DNA from: Eledone cirrhosa
Taxonomy: Eukaryota
DNA length: 64,000 nt
Assembly (NCBI GenBank): GCA_964016885.1
Contig: OZ024761.1
Location: 10,974,001-11,038,000, forward strand
Reading direction: 5' to 3'
A model generated the notes under the pieces. The model worked only from the letters and a program-made list of their open reading frames with translations. It had not been told where the DNA came from and searched no databases. A program made the position numbers and the translations under genes. Every line of letters begins with the position of its first letter. Position 1 is the stretch's first letter. Positions 52,558 to 64,000 of the stretch are shown in pieces.

Positions 52558-53156
52558 ATAGCATTTAAACCGGCCATATCCAGCCAGAATTCTTTCACCT
52601 CTTTAGGTGAAAGAATTCTGGCCAGATATGACCAGTTTGAACAGAAAGAGGTGAAAGAATTATATCTGGCCAAAATTCTTTCACTTCTTTCTGTTCAAAC
52701 CGGTCATATCTGGCCAGAATTCTTTCACCTCTTTCTGTTCAAACCGGTCATATCTGGCCAGAATTCTCTCCTCTCTTTCTGTTCAAACTGGCCACTCATA
52801 CTGATGTTAAGGTATTGTTCTCAAAATGAATAACATCAAAATCTCGTAGATTCGATATTATGTAAGGTAAAGCCTATACTGTGAAAATATAATAGTAAAT
52901 ATAGAGTAATATAAATGCGAAAGGGTGAAGATGCCTTTAACATTTACGTTACTCTATATTTACTATTGTATTTTCACAGTATAGGCTTTATCTCACATAA
53001 TATTTCATATTATATCAAATCTATGAGGCTTTGATATTATTTATTTTGAGAACAATACCTTAACATCTGTATGTGTAGCAAGTTATGACCGGTTTAAACA
53101 GAAAGAGGTGAGAGAATTCTGGCTGGATATGGCTGGTTTAAATGCTACAGGGTTAA
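52558..53156. mobile_element. Head-to-head pair of TTAA-type (piggyBac-like) MITEs
   Basis: 52558-52928 is an inverted copy of 52935-53156; the latter ends AATGCTACAGGGTTAA. Confidence 0.65.
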
Positions 53157-53399
53157 AGTCTTTCTTTCAGTTTACTGTAGACTTTTCCAACAATATGTAT
53201 ACTAGTAATGATACTACAAATAATTGAATTAAAAAGTTGTTTATAGATATTGAGTACTTAAATCATTACAGGTTGTTAAGAGTTAAACAATAATCCACCA
53301 TTTAATTCCTTATATATTGGGTCATGTGAGTAGAGATAAAGCTATGAGGATATTAACAGATTAATGAAACAAACAACGCATGTTGTGGATAATGAAGTG

Positions 53400-56300
53400 T
53401 TGTTACTTCAGTAAATAAAGTGGATAGGAGATAGTTGTGTTGTGGTGTTGTATGGCTGTTGTGTTGTGTTGTTGTATAGCTGTTGTATTGTTGAGTTGTA
53501 TAGCTGTTGTGTTGTGTTGTGGTATTACTTCAGTAAATAAAGTGGGTAGGAGACAGTTGTGTTGTGATGTTGTATGGCCTATGTGTTGTGTTGTTGTATA
53601 ACTGTTGTGATGTGGTGTTGTATAGCTGTCGTGTTGTGGTGTTATTTCAGTATATAAAGTGGGTAGGAGAAAGTTGTGTTGTGGTGCTGTATGGCTGTTG
53701 TGTTATTGTATAGCTGTTGTGTTGTGTTGTGATGTGGTGTTGTATAGGTGTTGTGTTGTTGAGTTGTATAGCTGTTGTGTTGTGGTGTGGTGTTGTATAG
53801 GTGTTGTGTTGTTGAGTTGTATAGCTGTTGTGTTGTGTTGTGGTGTGGTGTTGTATAGGTGTTGTGTTGTTGAGTTGTATAGCTGTTGTGTTGTGTTGTG
53901 ATGTGGTGTTGTATAGGTGTTGTGTTGTTGAGTTGTATAGCTGTTGTGTTGTGGTGTTGTGTTGTTGAGTTGTATAGCTGTTGTGTTGTGATGTGGTGTT
54001 GTATAGGTGTTGTGTTGTTGAGTTGTATAGCTGTTGTGTTGTGGTGTGGTGTTGTATAGGTGTTGTGTTGTTGAGTTGTATAGCTGTTGTGTTGTGGTGT
54101 GGTGTTGTATAGGTGTTGTGTTGTGGTGTGGTGTTGTATAGGTGTTGTGTTGTTGAGTTGTATAGCTGTTGTGTTGTGTTGTGGTGTGGTGTTGTGTTGT
54201 TGAGTTGTATAGCTGTTGTGTTGTGTTGTGATGTGGTGTTGTATAGGTGTTGTGTTGTTGAGTTGTATAGCTGTTGTGTTGTGGTGTGGTGTTGTATAGG
54301 TGTTGTGTTGTTGAGTTGTATAGCTGTTGTGTTGTGGTGTTGTATAGGTGTTGTGTTGTTGAGTTGTATAGCTGTTGTGTTGTGGTGTGGTGTTGTATAG
54401 GTGTTGTGTTGTTGAGTTGTATAGCTGTTGTGTTGTGTTGTGGTGTTGTATAGGTGTTGTGTTGTTGAGTTGTATAGCTGTTGTGTTGTGGTGTGGTGTT
54501 GTATAGGTGTTGTGTTGTTGAGTTGTATAGCTGTTGAGTTGTGTTGTGGTGTTGTATAGGTGTTGTGTTGTTGAGTTGTATAGCTGTTGTGTTGTGATGT
54601 GGTGTTGTATAGGTATTGTGTTGTTGAGTTGTATAGCTGTTGTGTTGTGTTGTGGTGTTGTATAGGTGTTGTGTTGTGGTGTGGTGTTGTATAGGTGTTG
54701 TGTTGTTGAGTTGTATAGCTGTTGTGTTGTGATGTGGTGTGGTGTTGTGTTGTTGAGTTGTATAGCTATTGTGTTGTGATGTGGTGTTGTATAGGTGTTG
54801 TGTTGTTGAGTTGTATAGCTGTTGTGTTGTGGTGTTGTATAGGTGTTGTGTTGTTGAGTTGTATAGCTGTTGTGTTGTGGTGTGGTGTTGTATAGGTGTT
54901 GTGTTGTTGAGTTGTATAGCTGTTGTGTTGTGTTGTGGTGTTGTATAGGTGTTGTGTTGTTGAGTTGTATAGCTGTTGTGTTGTGATGTGGTGTTGTATA
55001 GGTATTGTGTTGTTGAGTTGTATAGCTGTTGTGTTGTGTTGTGTTGTGGTGTTGTATAGCTGTTGTGTTGTGTTGTGGTGTTGTATAGGTGTTGTGTTGT
55101 GGTGTGGTGTTGTATAGGTGTTGTGTTGTTGAGTTGTATAGCTGTTGTGTTGTGATGTGGTGTGGTGTTGTGTTGTTGAGTTGTATAGCTGTTGTGTTGT
55201 GATGTGGTGTGGTGTTGTGTTGTGGTGTGGTGTTGTATAGGTGTTGTGTTGTTGAGTTGTATAGCTGTTGTGTTGTGGTGTGGTGTTGTATAGGTGTTGT
55301 GTTGTTGAGTTGTATAGCTGTTGTGTTGTGGTGTGGTGTTGTATAGGTGTTGTGATGTGGTGTTGTATAGCGGTTGTGTTGTGTTATGGTGTAGTGTTGT
55401 ATAGGTGTTGTGTTGTTGAGTTGTATAGCTGTTGTGTTGTGGTGTGGTGTTGTATAGGTGTTGTGTTGTATAGGTGTTGTGTTGTTGAGTTGTATAGCTA
55501 TTGTGTTGTGATGTGGTGTGGTGTTGTATAACTGTGTTATGGTGGTGTTACTTCAGTATATAAAGTGGGTAGGAGAGAGTTGTGTTGTGTTGTGGTGTGG
55601 TGTTGTATAGGTGTTTTGTTGTTGAGTTGTATAGCTGTTGTGTTGTGATGTGGTGTGGTGTTGTGTTGTTGAGTTGTATAGCTGTTGTGTTGTGATGTGG
55701 TGTGGTGTTGTGTTGTTGAGTTGTATAGCTGTTGTGTTGTGATGTGGTGTGGTGTTGTGTTGTGGTGTGGTGTTGTATAGGTGTTGTGTTGTTGAGTTGT
55801 ATAGCTGTTGTGTTGTGGTGTGGTGTTGTATAGGTGTTGTGTTGTTGAGTTGTATAGCTGTTGTGTTGTGGTGTGGTGTTGTATAGGTGTTGTGATGTGG
55901 TGTTGTATAGCGGTTGTGTTGTGTTATGGTGTAGTGTTGTTGAGTTGTATAGCTGTTGTGTTGTGGTGTGGTGTTGTATAGGTGTTGTGTTGTTGAGTTG
56001 TATAGCTATTGTGTTGTGATGTGGTGTGGTGTTGTATAACTGTGTTATGGTGGTGTTACTTCAGTATATAAAGTGGGTAGGAGAGAGTTGTGTTGTGTTG
56101 TGGTGTGGTGTTGTATAGGTGTTGTGTTGTTGAGTTGTATAGCTGTTGTGTTGTGGTGTGGTGTTGTATAGGTGTTGTGTTGTGTTGTGGTGTGGTGTTG
56201 TATAGGTGTTGTGTTGTTGAGTTGTATAGCTGTTGTGTTGTGGTGTGGTGTTGTATAGGTGTTGTGTTGTATAGGTGTTGTATAGGTGTTGTGTTGTTGA

Positions 56301-56470
56301 GTTGTATAGCTGTTGTGTTGTGATGTGGTGTGGTGTTGTGTTGTTGAGTTGTATAGCTGTTGTGTTGTGATGTGGTGTAGTGTTGTGTTGTGTTATGGTG
56401 TGGTGTTGTATAGCTGTGTTATGGTGGTGTTACTTCAGTATATAAAGTGGGTAGGAGAGAGTTGTGTTGA
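53400..56470. repeat. 3 kb GT-rich pentamer-based satellite (GTTGT/GGTGT/ATAGC modules)
   Basis: Directly visible; punctuated by TTACTTCAGTATATAAAGTGGGTAGGAGA. Confidence 0.95.
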
Positions 56471-56545
56471 GTTGTCACCAGTAATTTACTGGGATAATCG
56501 CTGGCTTTGTGCCAAAAGTAGAAACCTTATTGTTATTATTATTAT

Positions 56546-56752
56546 GGCGGTGGATTGGCAGTAACGGTAGAGGGTTGGACGCCATGCTTTGAAGCATAGA
56601 GTTACCTCCCTTTATGATCTGAGTTCAAATCCCGCCGAGGTTAACTTTGCCTTTCATCCTTACGAGATCAATAAAATAAAGTACCAGTAATACACTGGAG
56701 TAATTGCTGACCTTGTGCCAAAAGTAGAAACAATTATTATTATTATTATTAT
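56546..56752 (+). mobile_element. SINE family 2, full length, (ATT)n tail
   Basis: GGCGGTGGATTGGCAG head, B box GAGTTCAAATCCC, GCCTTTCATCCTT...AAGTACCAG centre. Confidence 0.88.
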
Positions 56753-56839
56753 GTTGCAACAAAGTTGAAATTGTGAATAAATAAAGTTTTATAAATTTTT
56801 CAAATCAAAATAACTAACGAGAGTGTTTAACGAGCTGAC

Positions 56840-57113
56840 CTTTGGCCCTGTATTGTCCTTGTTGTTGTTGTTGGTGGTGGTGGTTTGATAATAGGTAGGA
56901 CTATGTTTAGCTCCACCATAAGTATTATTACTTCCTCTGTTGTAAAAGTTAGGAGCTATTTCAGCAGTGTTAGCTTCCTGAATGAACGACTCCCCACCAA
57001 ACATTTGACGAGGTTGGTGAGGCTGGCGAGGTTGGTGAGGCTGGCGAGGTGCCGCCGGTGTTGAGACAGCTGTACAAGACTGAACAGAGGAAGACCAGTT
57101 GTAGTGATCTGAC
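56840..57113 (-). CDS. SPATA22: Probable SPATA22 exon (low-complexity N-terminal region)
   Basis: tttgtag|G TCA GAT ... CCA AAG|gtcagc; 91 open codons; phases (2 in, 0 out) fit both neighbouring exons. Confidence 0.75.
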
Positions 57114-57342
57114 CTACAAATACATCAACAGAGAAAAACAATAGTTTAAAAAACCTCACTTCCAGATCCAGCTCTCACCTTTCACAATGACAGGACACAA
57201 AGTGATAGCAAAATATAATGAAAGTATTTCTGGTTTGTGTGGTTAAGTTTACTTCCATATCATAATATCATAAGGTCCCAGGCTGATCACATGGGTGTGG
57301 TATCATGGCTTCTTAACCCTTTAACATTCACATTACTCTATA

Positions 57343-58460
57343 TATCATCATCGATTAACGACTATCTTCCACGCCAGCATGGGTTAGACAGGCTTGAGGC
57401 AATTTCGGTCGGGTAACCGTGTCTCACTCATATAGGAGAGTTTCTGGCTGGTTTTCTACAGCTGGATGTCCTTCCTAACGCCAACCATGTAAAGTGGTCA
57501 TGCAGGTGACACGACAAAAAGCACCCAGTCCACACTGTAAAGTGGTCGTGTAGGTGTCACAACAAAAAGCACCCAGTCCACACTGTAAAGTGGTCGTGTA
57601 GGCGTCATAACAAAAAGCACCCAGTCCACACTGTAAAGTGGTCGTGTAGGCGTCATAACAAAAAGCACCCAGTCCACACTGTAAAGTGGTCGTGTAGGCG
57701 TCATAACAAAAAGCACCCAGTCCACACTGTAAAGTGGTCGTGTAGGCGTCATAACAAAAAGCACCCAGTCCACACTGTAAAGTGGTCGTGTAGGCGTCAT
57801 AACAAAAAGCACCCAGTCCACACTGTAAAGTGGTCGTGTAGGCGTCATAACAAAAAGCACCCAGTCCACACTGTAAAGTGGTCGTGTAGGCGTCATAACA
57901 AAAAGCACCCAGTCCACACTGTAAAGTGGTCGTGTAGGCGTCATAACAAAAAGCACCCAGTCCACACTGTAAAGTGGTCGTGTAGGCGTCATAACAAAAA
58001 GCACCCAGTCCACACTGTAAAGTGGTCGTGTAGGCGTCATAACAAAAAGCACCCAGTCCACACTGTAAAGTGGTCGTGTAGGCGTCATAACAAAAAGCAC
58101 CCAGTTCACACTGTAAAGTGGTCGTGTAGGCGTCATAACAAAAAGCACCCAGTCCACACTGTAAAGTGGTCGTGTAGGCGTCATAACAAAAAGCACCCAG
58201 TCCACACTGTAAAGTGGTCGTGTAGGCGTCATAACAAAAAGCACCCAGTCCACACTGTAAAGTGGTCGTGTAGGCGTCATAACAAAAAGCACCCAGTTCA
58301 CACTGTAAGTGTGGTTGGTGCTAGGAAGAGGATCCAGCTGTAGAAACCAAGCCAATATCGATTCTGTATGAGCAGGACATGGTCACCTGACCTGGCATTG
58401 CTCACAACAGGATTCCTCGCCAGCGTGGAAAAATAGATGCTAAATGGTGAAGATGATACA
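57343..58460. repeat. 48-bp minisatellite (about 17 units, 57500-58310) between two outward-facing RTE-type tails
   Basis: Unit AAAAAGCACCCAGTCCACACTGTAAAGTGGTCGTGTAGGCGTCATAAC resembles the SINE1 segment AAAAAGCACCCAGCACTCACTGTAAA. Confidence 0.9.
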
Positions 58461-58567
58461 TACACACAAACATACATACATACGAATGGACCTGTTATTT
58501 TTATCTAAAGACATTTTTTCCAATTCCACCCAGCCCGTCCCTTCAATCTTTCTTACTTCTCATTCTT

Positions 58568-58603
58568 TCTTTCGATGAAGGACTAGCGTCCGAAACGTTA
58601 AGA
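58568..58603 (+). ncRNA. Degenerate hammerhead-like motif
   Basis: tctt-TCGATGA-a-ggac(tagc)gtcc-GAAA-cg-TT-aaga; two core deviations. Confidence 0.45.
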
Positions 58604-58687
58604 CCCTCTTCCTGCTATTTCAAGCATTAACCTAATATTTTCCTTCCATATACTGTACTGATTGTGTTGTTATTTCTGTTTACCTTT

Positions 58688-59130
58688 TACATACACACAC
58701 ATACATACATACACACAGACATACATACACACACACACATACATACATACACACACACAAACCTACACGCAAAGATACATACACACACAAACATACATAC
58801 ACAGACATACACACACACAAACATACATACAGGCATACATACACACACACAAACATACACACAAACATACATACACACACAAACATACATACACACAAAC
58901 ATACGTACACACACAAACATACATACGTACACACACACACACCAACATACATACACACACACACCAACATATACACACACCAACATACATACACACGCAC
59001 CAACATACACACACACACACAAACATACATACACACACACACACCAACATACATACACACGCACCAACATACACACACACACACACACACCAACATACAT
59101 ACACACACACACCAACACACCAACATACAA
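58688..59130. repeat. (CA)/(CATA) compound microsatellite
   Basis: Directly visible. Confidence 0.9.
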
Positions 59131-59160
59131 GCGAAAGAGATGCAACACAGCAGTGATTAC

Positions 59161-59347
59161 CTGCTTGAAGCATCTGTAGTGTGAGGACGTGATGAGTACT
59201 TCATATTGGAGCTAGGTGTGACAACCCGTGGGGCAGGGGCCTCAACCATTGGTCTCCTCCCCATCATATCATCACTGTTCTGTTGATGGTACTGTCCCCT
59301 CTTCACTGGACCTGATATCTTACTACCTGGGATGTTTCTTTCAATAT
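59161..59347 (-). CDS. SPATA22: Probable SPATA22 exon (N-terminal region); upstream exons lie beyond the window
   Basis: gttgtag|AT ATT GAA ... AGC AG|gtaatc = IERNIPGSKISGPVKRGQ...HTTDASS(R); phase 2 joins 57113. Confidence 0.7.
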
Positions 59348-59361
59348 CTACAACACACAGA

Positions 59362-59597
59362 TAGTAATAGTAGTAGTGTTGGTGGTGGTGTTGGTACTGT
59401 GGTGGTGGTGGTGGTAGTAGTAGTAGTAGTGGTGGTAGTGGTGGTGGTGGTAGTAGTAGTAGTAGTAGTGGTGGTGGTGGAAGTAGTGGTGGTGGTGGTG
59501 GTGGTGGTAGTAGTAGTAGTAGTAGTGGTGGTGGTGGAAGTAGTGGTGGTGGTGGTGGTGGTGGTAGTAATAGTAGTAGTGGTAGCAGCAGCAGCAA

Positions 59598-59644
<47 letters not shown>
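59362..59644. repeat. (TAG/TGG)n trinucleotide tract
   Basis: Directly visible. Confidence 0.92.
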
Positions 59645-59684
59645 CAGTTGCATATCAAAAACAAAAAAACTTTACAACTTTACA

Positions 59685-59752
59685 CCTGTCAGATGAAAAC
59701 ACATCAAAGGGTTATGCAATCCCTTTGATGTTTTTGAAATACATATAACAGG
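59685..59752 (+). ncRNA. Hammerhead ribozyme with a U4A core change
   Basis: cctgt-CAGATGA-aaacacatcaaaggg(9 nt)ccctttgatgttttt-GAAA-tacata-TA-acagg. Confidence 0.65.
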
Positions 59753-59827
59753 ATTATATACTAAATAGAGGATGTACATTTAAAACCATCTCTCTTCTGT
59801 ATATATGTATATATACAGAAGAGAGAT

Positions 59828-60932
59828 GCCCACCTACACCTCTCTAAGACGATGACACTGGATCGAGATCTATGCCGCCATGCAGTTGTACAGAAGACCC
59901 AACTGCCATTGCATAGAAACCTAGTCAGTAGGCACTTCTTAACTCAATGTACACCCCACTGCCACACCCTACCCCATCCTCCCTCTCCCGTTCCATCCAC
60001 TGTGTCGATGACACAACAGTCTACACTGTAAGGTGGTTGTGTATGAGACACGGTATAAAGGCTCCCAGTCCACACTGTAAGGTGGCCTTGTAGGAGACAG
60101 TAAAAAGGCTCCCAGTTCACACTGTAAAGTGGCCGTGTAGGAGACACAGTGAAAAGGCTCCCAGTCCACACTGTAAGATGGTCGTGTAGGAGACACAGTG
60201 AAAAGGCTCCCAGTCCACACTGTAAGGTGGTTGTGTAGGAGACACGGTATAAAGGCTCCCAGTTCACACTGTAAGGTGGTTATGTAGGAAACACGGTAAA
60301 AAGGCTCCCAGTCCACACTGTAAGGTGGTCGTGTAGGAGACAGTGAAAAAGGCTCCCAGTTCACACTGTAAAGTGGCCGTGTAGGAGACACAGTGAAAAG
60401 GCTCCCAGTCTACACTGTAAGGTGGCCGTGTAGGAGACACAGTGAAAAGGCTCCCAGTTCACACTGTAAGGTGGCCGTGTAGGAGACACAGTGAAAAGGC
60501 TCCCAGTCCACACTGTAAGGTGGCCGTATAGGAGACACAGTGAAAAGGCTCCCAGTCCACACTGTAAGGTGGTTGTGTAGGAGACACAGTGAAAAGGCTC
60601 CCAGTCCACACTGTAAGGTGGTCGTGTAGGAGACACAGTGAAAAGGCTCCCAGTCCACACTGTAAAGAGGTGGTGTAGGAGACACGGTAAAAAGGCTCCC
60701 AGTCCACACTGTAAGGTGGTCATGTAGGAGACACGGTAAAAAGGCTCCCAGTCCACACTGTAAATCAGGTTGGTGTTAGGAAGGGCATGCAACCGTAGAA
60801 AACCTGCCAGAAACAGTCCATACGAGCGAAACATGGTCTCCCGATCAATCTTGCCTCAAGTGGGACAAAACCATCTAACCCATGCTAGCGTGGAAGATGG
60901 ACATTAAACAATGATGATGATCATGATGATAT
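59828..60932 (+). mobile_element. RTE subfamily B 3' end whose UTR contains an expanded minisatellite of about 50 bp (60020-60765)
   Basis: LHLSKTMTLDRDLCRHAVVQKT matches the ORF end at 39791-39870; ends with the GGTGTTAGGAAGGGC motif and (GAT)n. Confidence 0.8.
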
Positions 60933-61139
60933 AAGAGATAGAAGCTTTCGCTGAAATTTTTGACTGAAGAAATTTTAGCCTGATAATGGGGCTCAGAATC
61001 TTCTAGGAAGTGGAACAAGATGAGTATTGATGTTCATGGGAGTCGGTATGTCTGTCTGTCTGTCTATATGTCACTATGTCTGACAGTCTCTCTCTCTGAC
61101 AGTCTGTCTATATGTCCATCTCTCTCTCTGACAGTCTGT

Positions 61140-64000
61140 CTATATGTCCACCTGTCCATTGGTTGTCTATATGTCCATCCGTCCAATCGTTGTCTATGTC
61201 CACCTGTCCATTCGTTGTCTATATGTCCATCCGTCCAATCATTGTCCATATGTCCACCTGTCCATTCGTTGTCTATATGTCCACCTGTCCATTCGTTGTC
61301 TATATGTCCATCTGTCCATTCGTTGTCTATATGTCCACCTGTCCATTCGTTGTCCATATGTCCATCCGTCCATTCGTTGTCTATATGTCCACCTGTCCAT
61401 TCGTTGTCTATATGTCCACCTGTCCATTCGTTGTCTATATGTCCACCTGTCCATTCGTTGTCCATATGTCCACCTGTCCATTCGTTGTCTATATGTCCAC
61501 CTGTCCATTCGTTGTCTATATGTCCACCTGTCCATTCGTTGTCTATATGTCCACCTGTCCATTCGTTGTCTATATGTCCACCTGTCCATTCGTTGTCTAT
61601 ATGTCCACCTGTCCATTCGTTGTCCATATGTCCACCTGTCCATTCGTTGTCTATATGTCCACCTGTCCATTCGTTGTCTATATGTCCACCTGTCCATTCG
61701 TTGTCTATATGTTCACCTGTCCATTCGTTGTCCATATGTCCATCCGTCCATTCGTTGTCTATATGTCCATCCGTCCATTCATTGTCTATATGTCCACCTG
61801 TCCATTCGTTGTCTATATGTCCACCTGTCCATTCGTTGTCTATATGTCCATCCGTCCATTCGTTGTCTATATGTCCACCTGTCCATTCATTGTCTATATG
61901 TCCATCCGTTGTCTATATGTCCACCTGTCCATTCATTGTCTATATGTCCATCCGTCCATTCGTTGTCTATATGTCCACCTGTCCATTCGTTGTCTATATG
62001 TCCATCCGTCCATTCGTTGTCTATATGTCCACCTGTCCATTCGTTGTCTATATGTCCATCCGTCCATTCATTGTCTATATGTCCATCCGTCCATTCGTTG
62101 TCTATATGTCCACCTGTCCATTCATTGTCTATATGTCCATCCGTCCATTCATTGTCTATATGTCCATCCGTCCATTCGTTGTCTAAATGTCCACCTGTCC
62201 ATTCATTGTCTATATATCCATCCGTCCATTCGTTGTCTATATGTCCATCCGTCCATTCATTGTCTATATGTCCACCTGTCCATTCGTTGTCTATATGTCC
62301 ATCCGTCCATTCGTTGTCTATATATCCACCTGTCCATTCGTTGTCTATATGTCCACCTGTCCATTCGTTGTCTATATGTCCATCCGTCCATTCGTTGTCT
62401 ATATGTCCACCTGTCTATTCGTTGTCCATATGTCCACCTGTCCATTCGTTGTCTATATGTCCACCTGTCTATTCGTTGTCTATATGTCCACCTGTCTATT
62501 CGTTGTCCATATGTCCACCTGTCTATTCGTTGTCTATATGTCCACCTGTCTATTCGTTGTCCATATGTCCACCTGTCTATTCGTTGTCTATATGTCCACC
62601 TGTCCATTCGTTGTCCATATGTCCACCTGTCTATTCGTTGTCCATATGTCCACCTGTCTATTCGTTGTCTATATGTCCACCTGTCTATTCGTTGTCTATA
62701 TGTCCACCTGTCCATTCGTTGTCCATATGTCCACCTGTCTATTCGTTGTCCATATGTCCACCTGTCTATTCGTTGTCTATATGTCCACCTGTCCATTCGT
62801 TGTCCATATGTCCACCTGTCTATTCGTTGTCCATATGTCCACCTGTCTATTCGTTGTCCATGTGTCCACCTGTCCATTCGTTGTCTATATGTCCACCTGT
62901 CTATTCGTTGTCTATATGTCCACCTGTCTATTCGTTGTCCATATGTCCACCTGTCTATTCGTTGTCTATATGTCCACCTGTCTATTCGTTGTCCATATGT
63001 CCACCTGTCTATTCGTTGTCTATATGTCCACCTGTCTATTCGTTGTCCATATGTCCACCTGTCTATTCGTTGTCTATATGTCCACCTGTCTATTCGTTGT
63101 CTATATGTCCACCTGTCTATTCGTTGTCTATATGTCCACCTGTCCATTCGTTGTCTATATGTCCACCTGTCCATTCATTGTCTATATGTCCACCTGTCCA
63201 TTCGTTGTCCATATGTCCACCTGTCCATTCATTGTCTATATGTCCATCTGTCCATTCGTTGTCTATATGTCCACCTGTCTATTCGTTGTCTATATGTCCA
63301 CCTGTCCATTCATTGTCTATATGTCCACCTGTCCAGTCATTGTCCATATGTCCACCTGTCCATTCATTGTCTATATGTCCATCCGTCCATTCATTGTCTA
63401 GATGTCCATCCGTCCATTCGTTGTCTATATGGCCATCCGTCCATTCGTTGTCTATATGTCCACCTGTCTATTCGTTGTCTATATGTCCACCTGTCCATTC
63501 ATTGTCTATATGTCCACCTGTCCATTCGTTGTCTATATGTCCACCTGTCTATTCGTTGTCCATGTCCACCTGTCCATTCGTTGTCTATATGTCCACCTGT
63601 CTATTCGTTGTCTATATGTCCACCTGTCTATTCGTTGTCCATATGTCCACCTGTCTATTCGTTGTCTATATGTCCACCTGTCTATTCGTTGTCTATATGT
63701 CCACCTGTCTATTCGTTGTCTATATGTCCACCTGTCCATTTGTTGTCTATATGTCCACCTGTCCATTCATTGTCTATATGTCCATCCGTCCATTCATTGT
63801 CTATATGTCCATCCGTCCATTCGTTGTCTATATGTCCACCTGTCTATTCATTGTCTATATGTCCACCTGTCCATTCATTGTCTATATGTCCATCCGTCCA
63901 TTCATTGTCTATATGTCCATCCGTCCATTCGTTGTCTATATGTCCACCTGTCTATTCATTGTCTATATGTCCATCCGTCCATTCATTGTCTATATGTCCA
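61140..64000. repeat. 27-bp minisatellite, over 100 units, running off the window
   Basis: CCATTCGTTGTCTATATGTCCACCTGT. Confidence 0.96.

Noticed and set aside
57498-63766. Long repetitive ORFs (285, 388, 404 aa)
   Set aside because: Arise from 48-bp and 27-bp units whose lengths are multiples of three; intronic minisatellites

Overview
Eukaryotic, extremely repeat-rich genomic DNA. The SINE and RTE families and the microsatellite density point to a coleoid cephalopod, probably Octopus (inference). Two convergent, intron-rich host genes can be assembled by hand from small exons that the ORF track mostly misses. The last two coding exons of Spt4/SUPT4H1 lie on + (14353-14408, 17232-17353). 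Six or seven exons of the meiotic OB-fold gene SPATA22 lie on - (59347 down to 18272, with a possible extra terminal exon that overlaps the Spt4 coding exon antisense). The introns contain an 11.4 kb (TA)n-CATGGCTTG satellite, an intact 1022-aa RTE LINE (APE, RT and a PHD-type finger) with its partner tRNA-SINEs, a second SINE family, Tc1/mariner and TTAA-type MITE remnants, CR1 and CRE-like fragments, and many minisatellites seeded from transposon pieces. The least expected signal is about ten minimal type I hammerhead ribozyme motifs of the Penelope-like kind. Several sit in palindromic fold-back elements inserted in TA runs and show structural covariation. All the giant six-frame ORFs are repeat artefacts.
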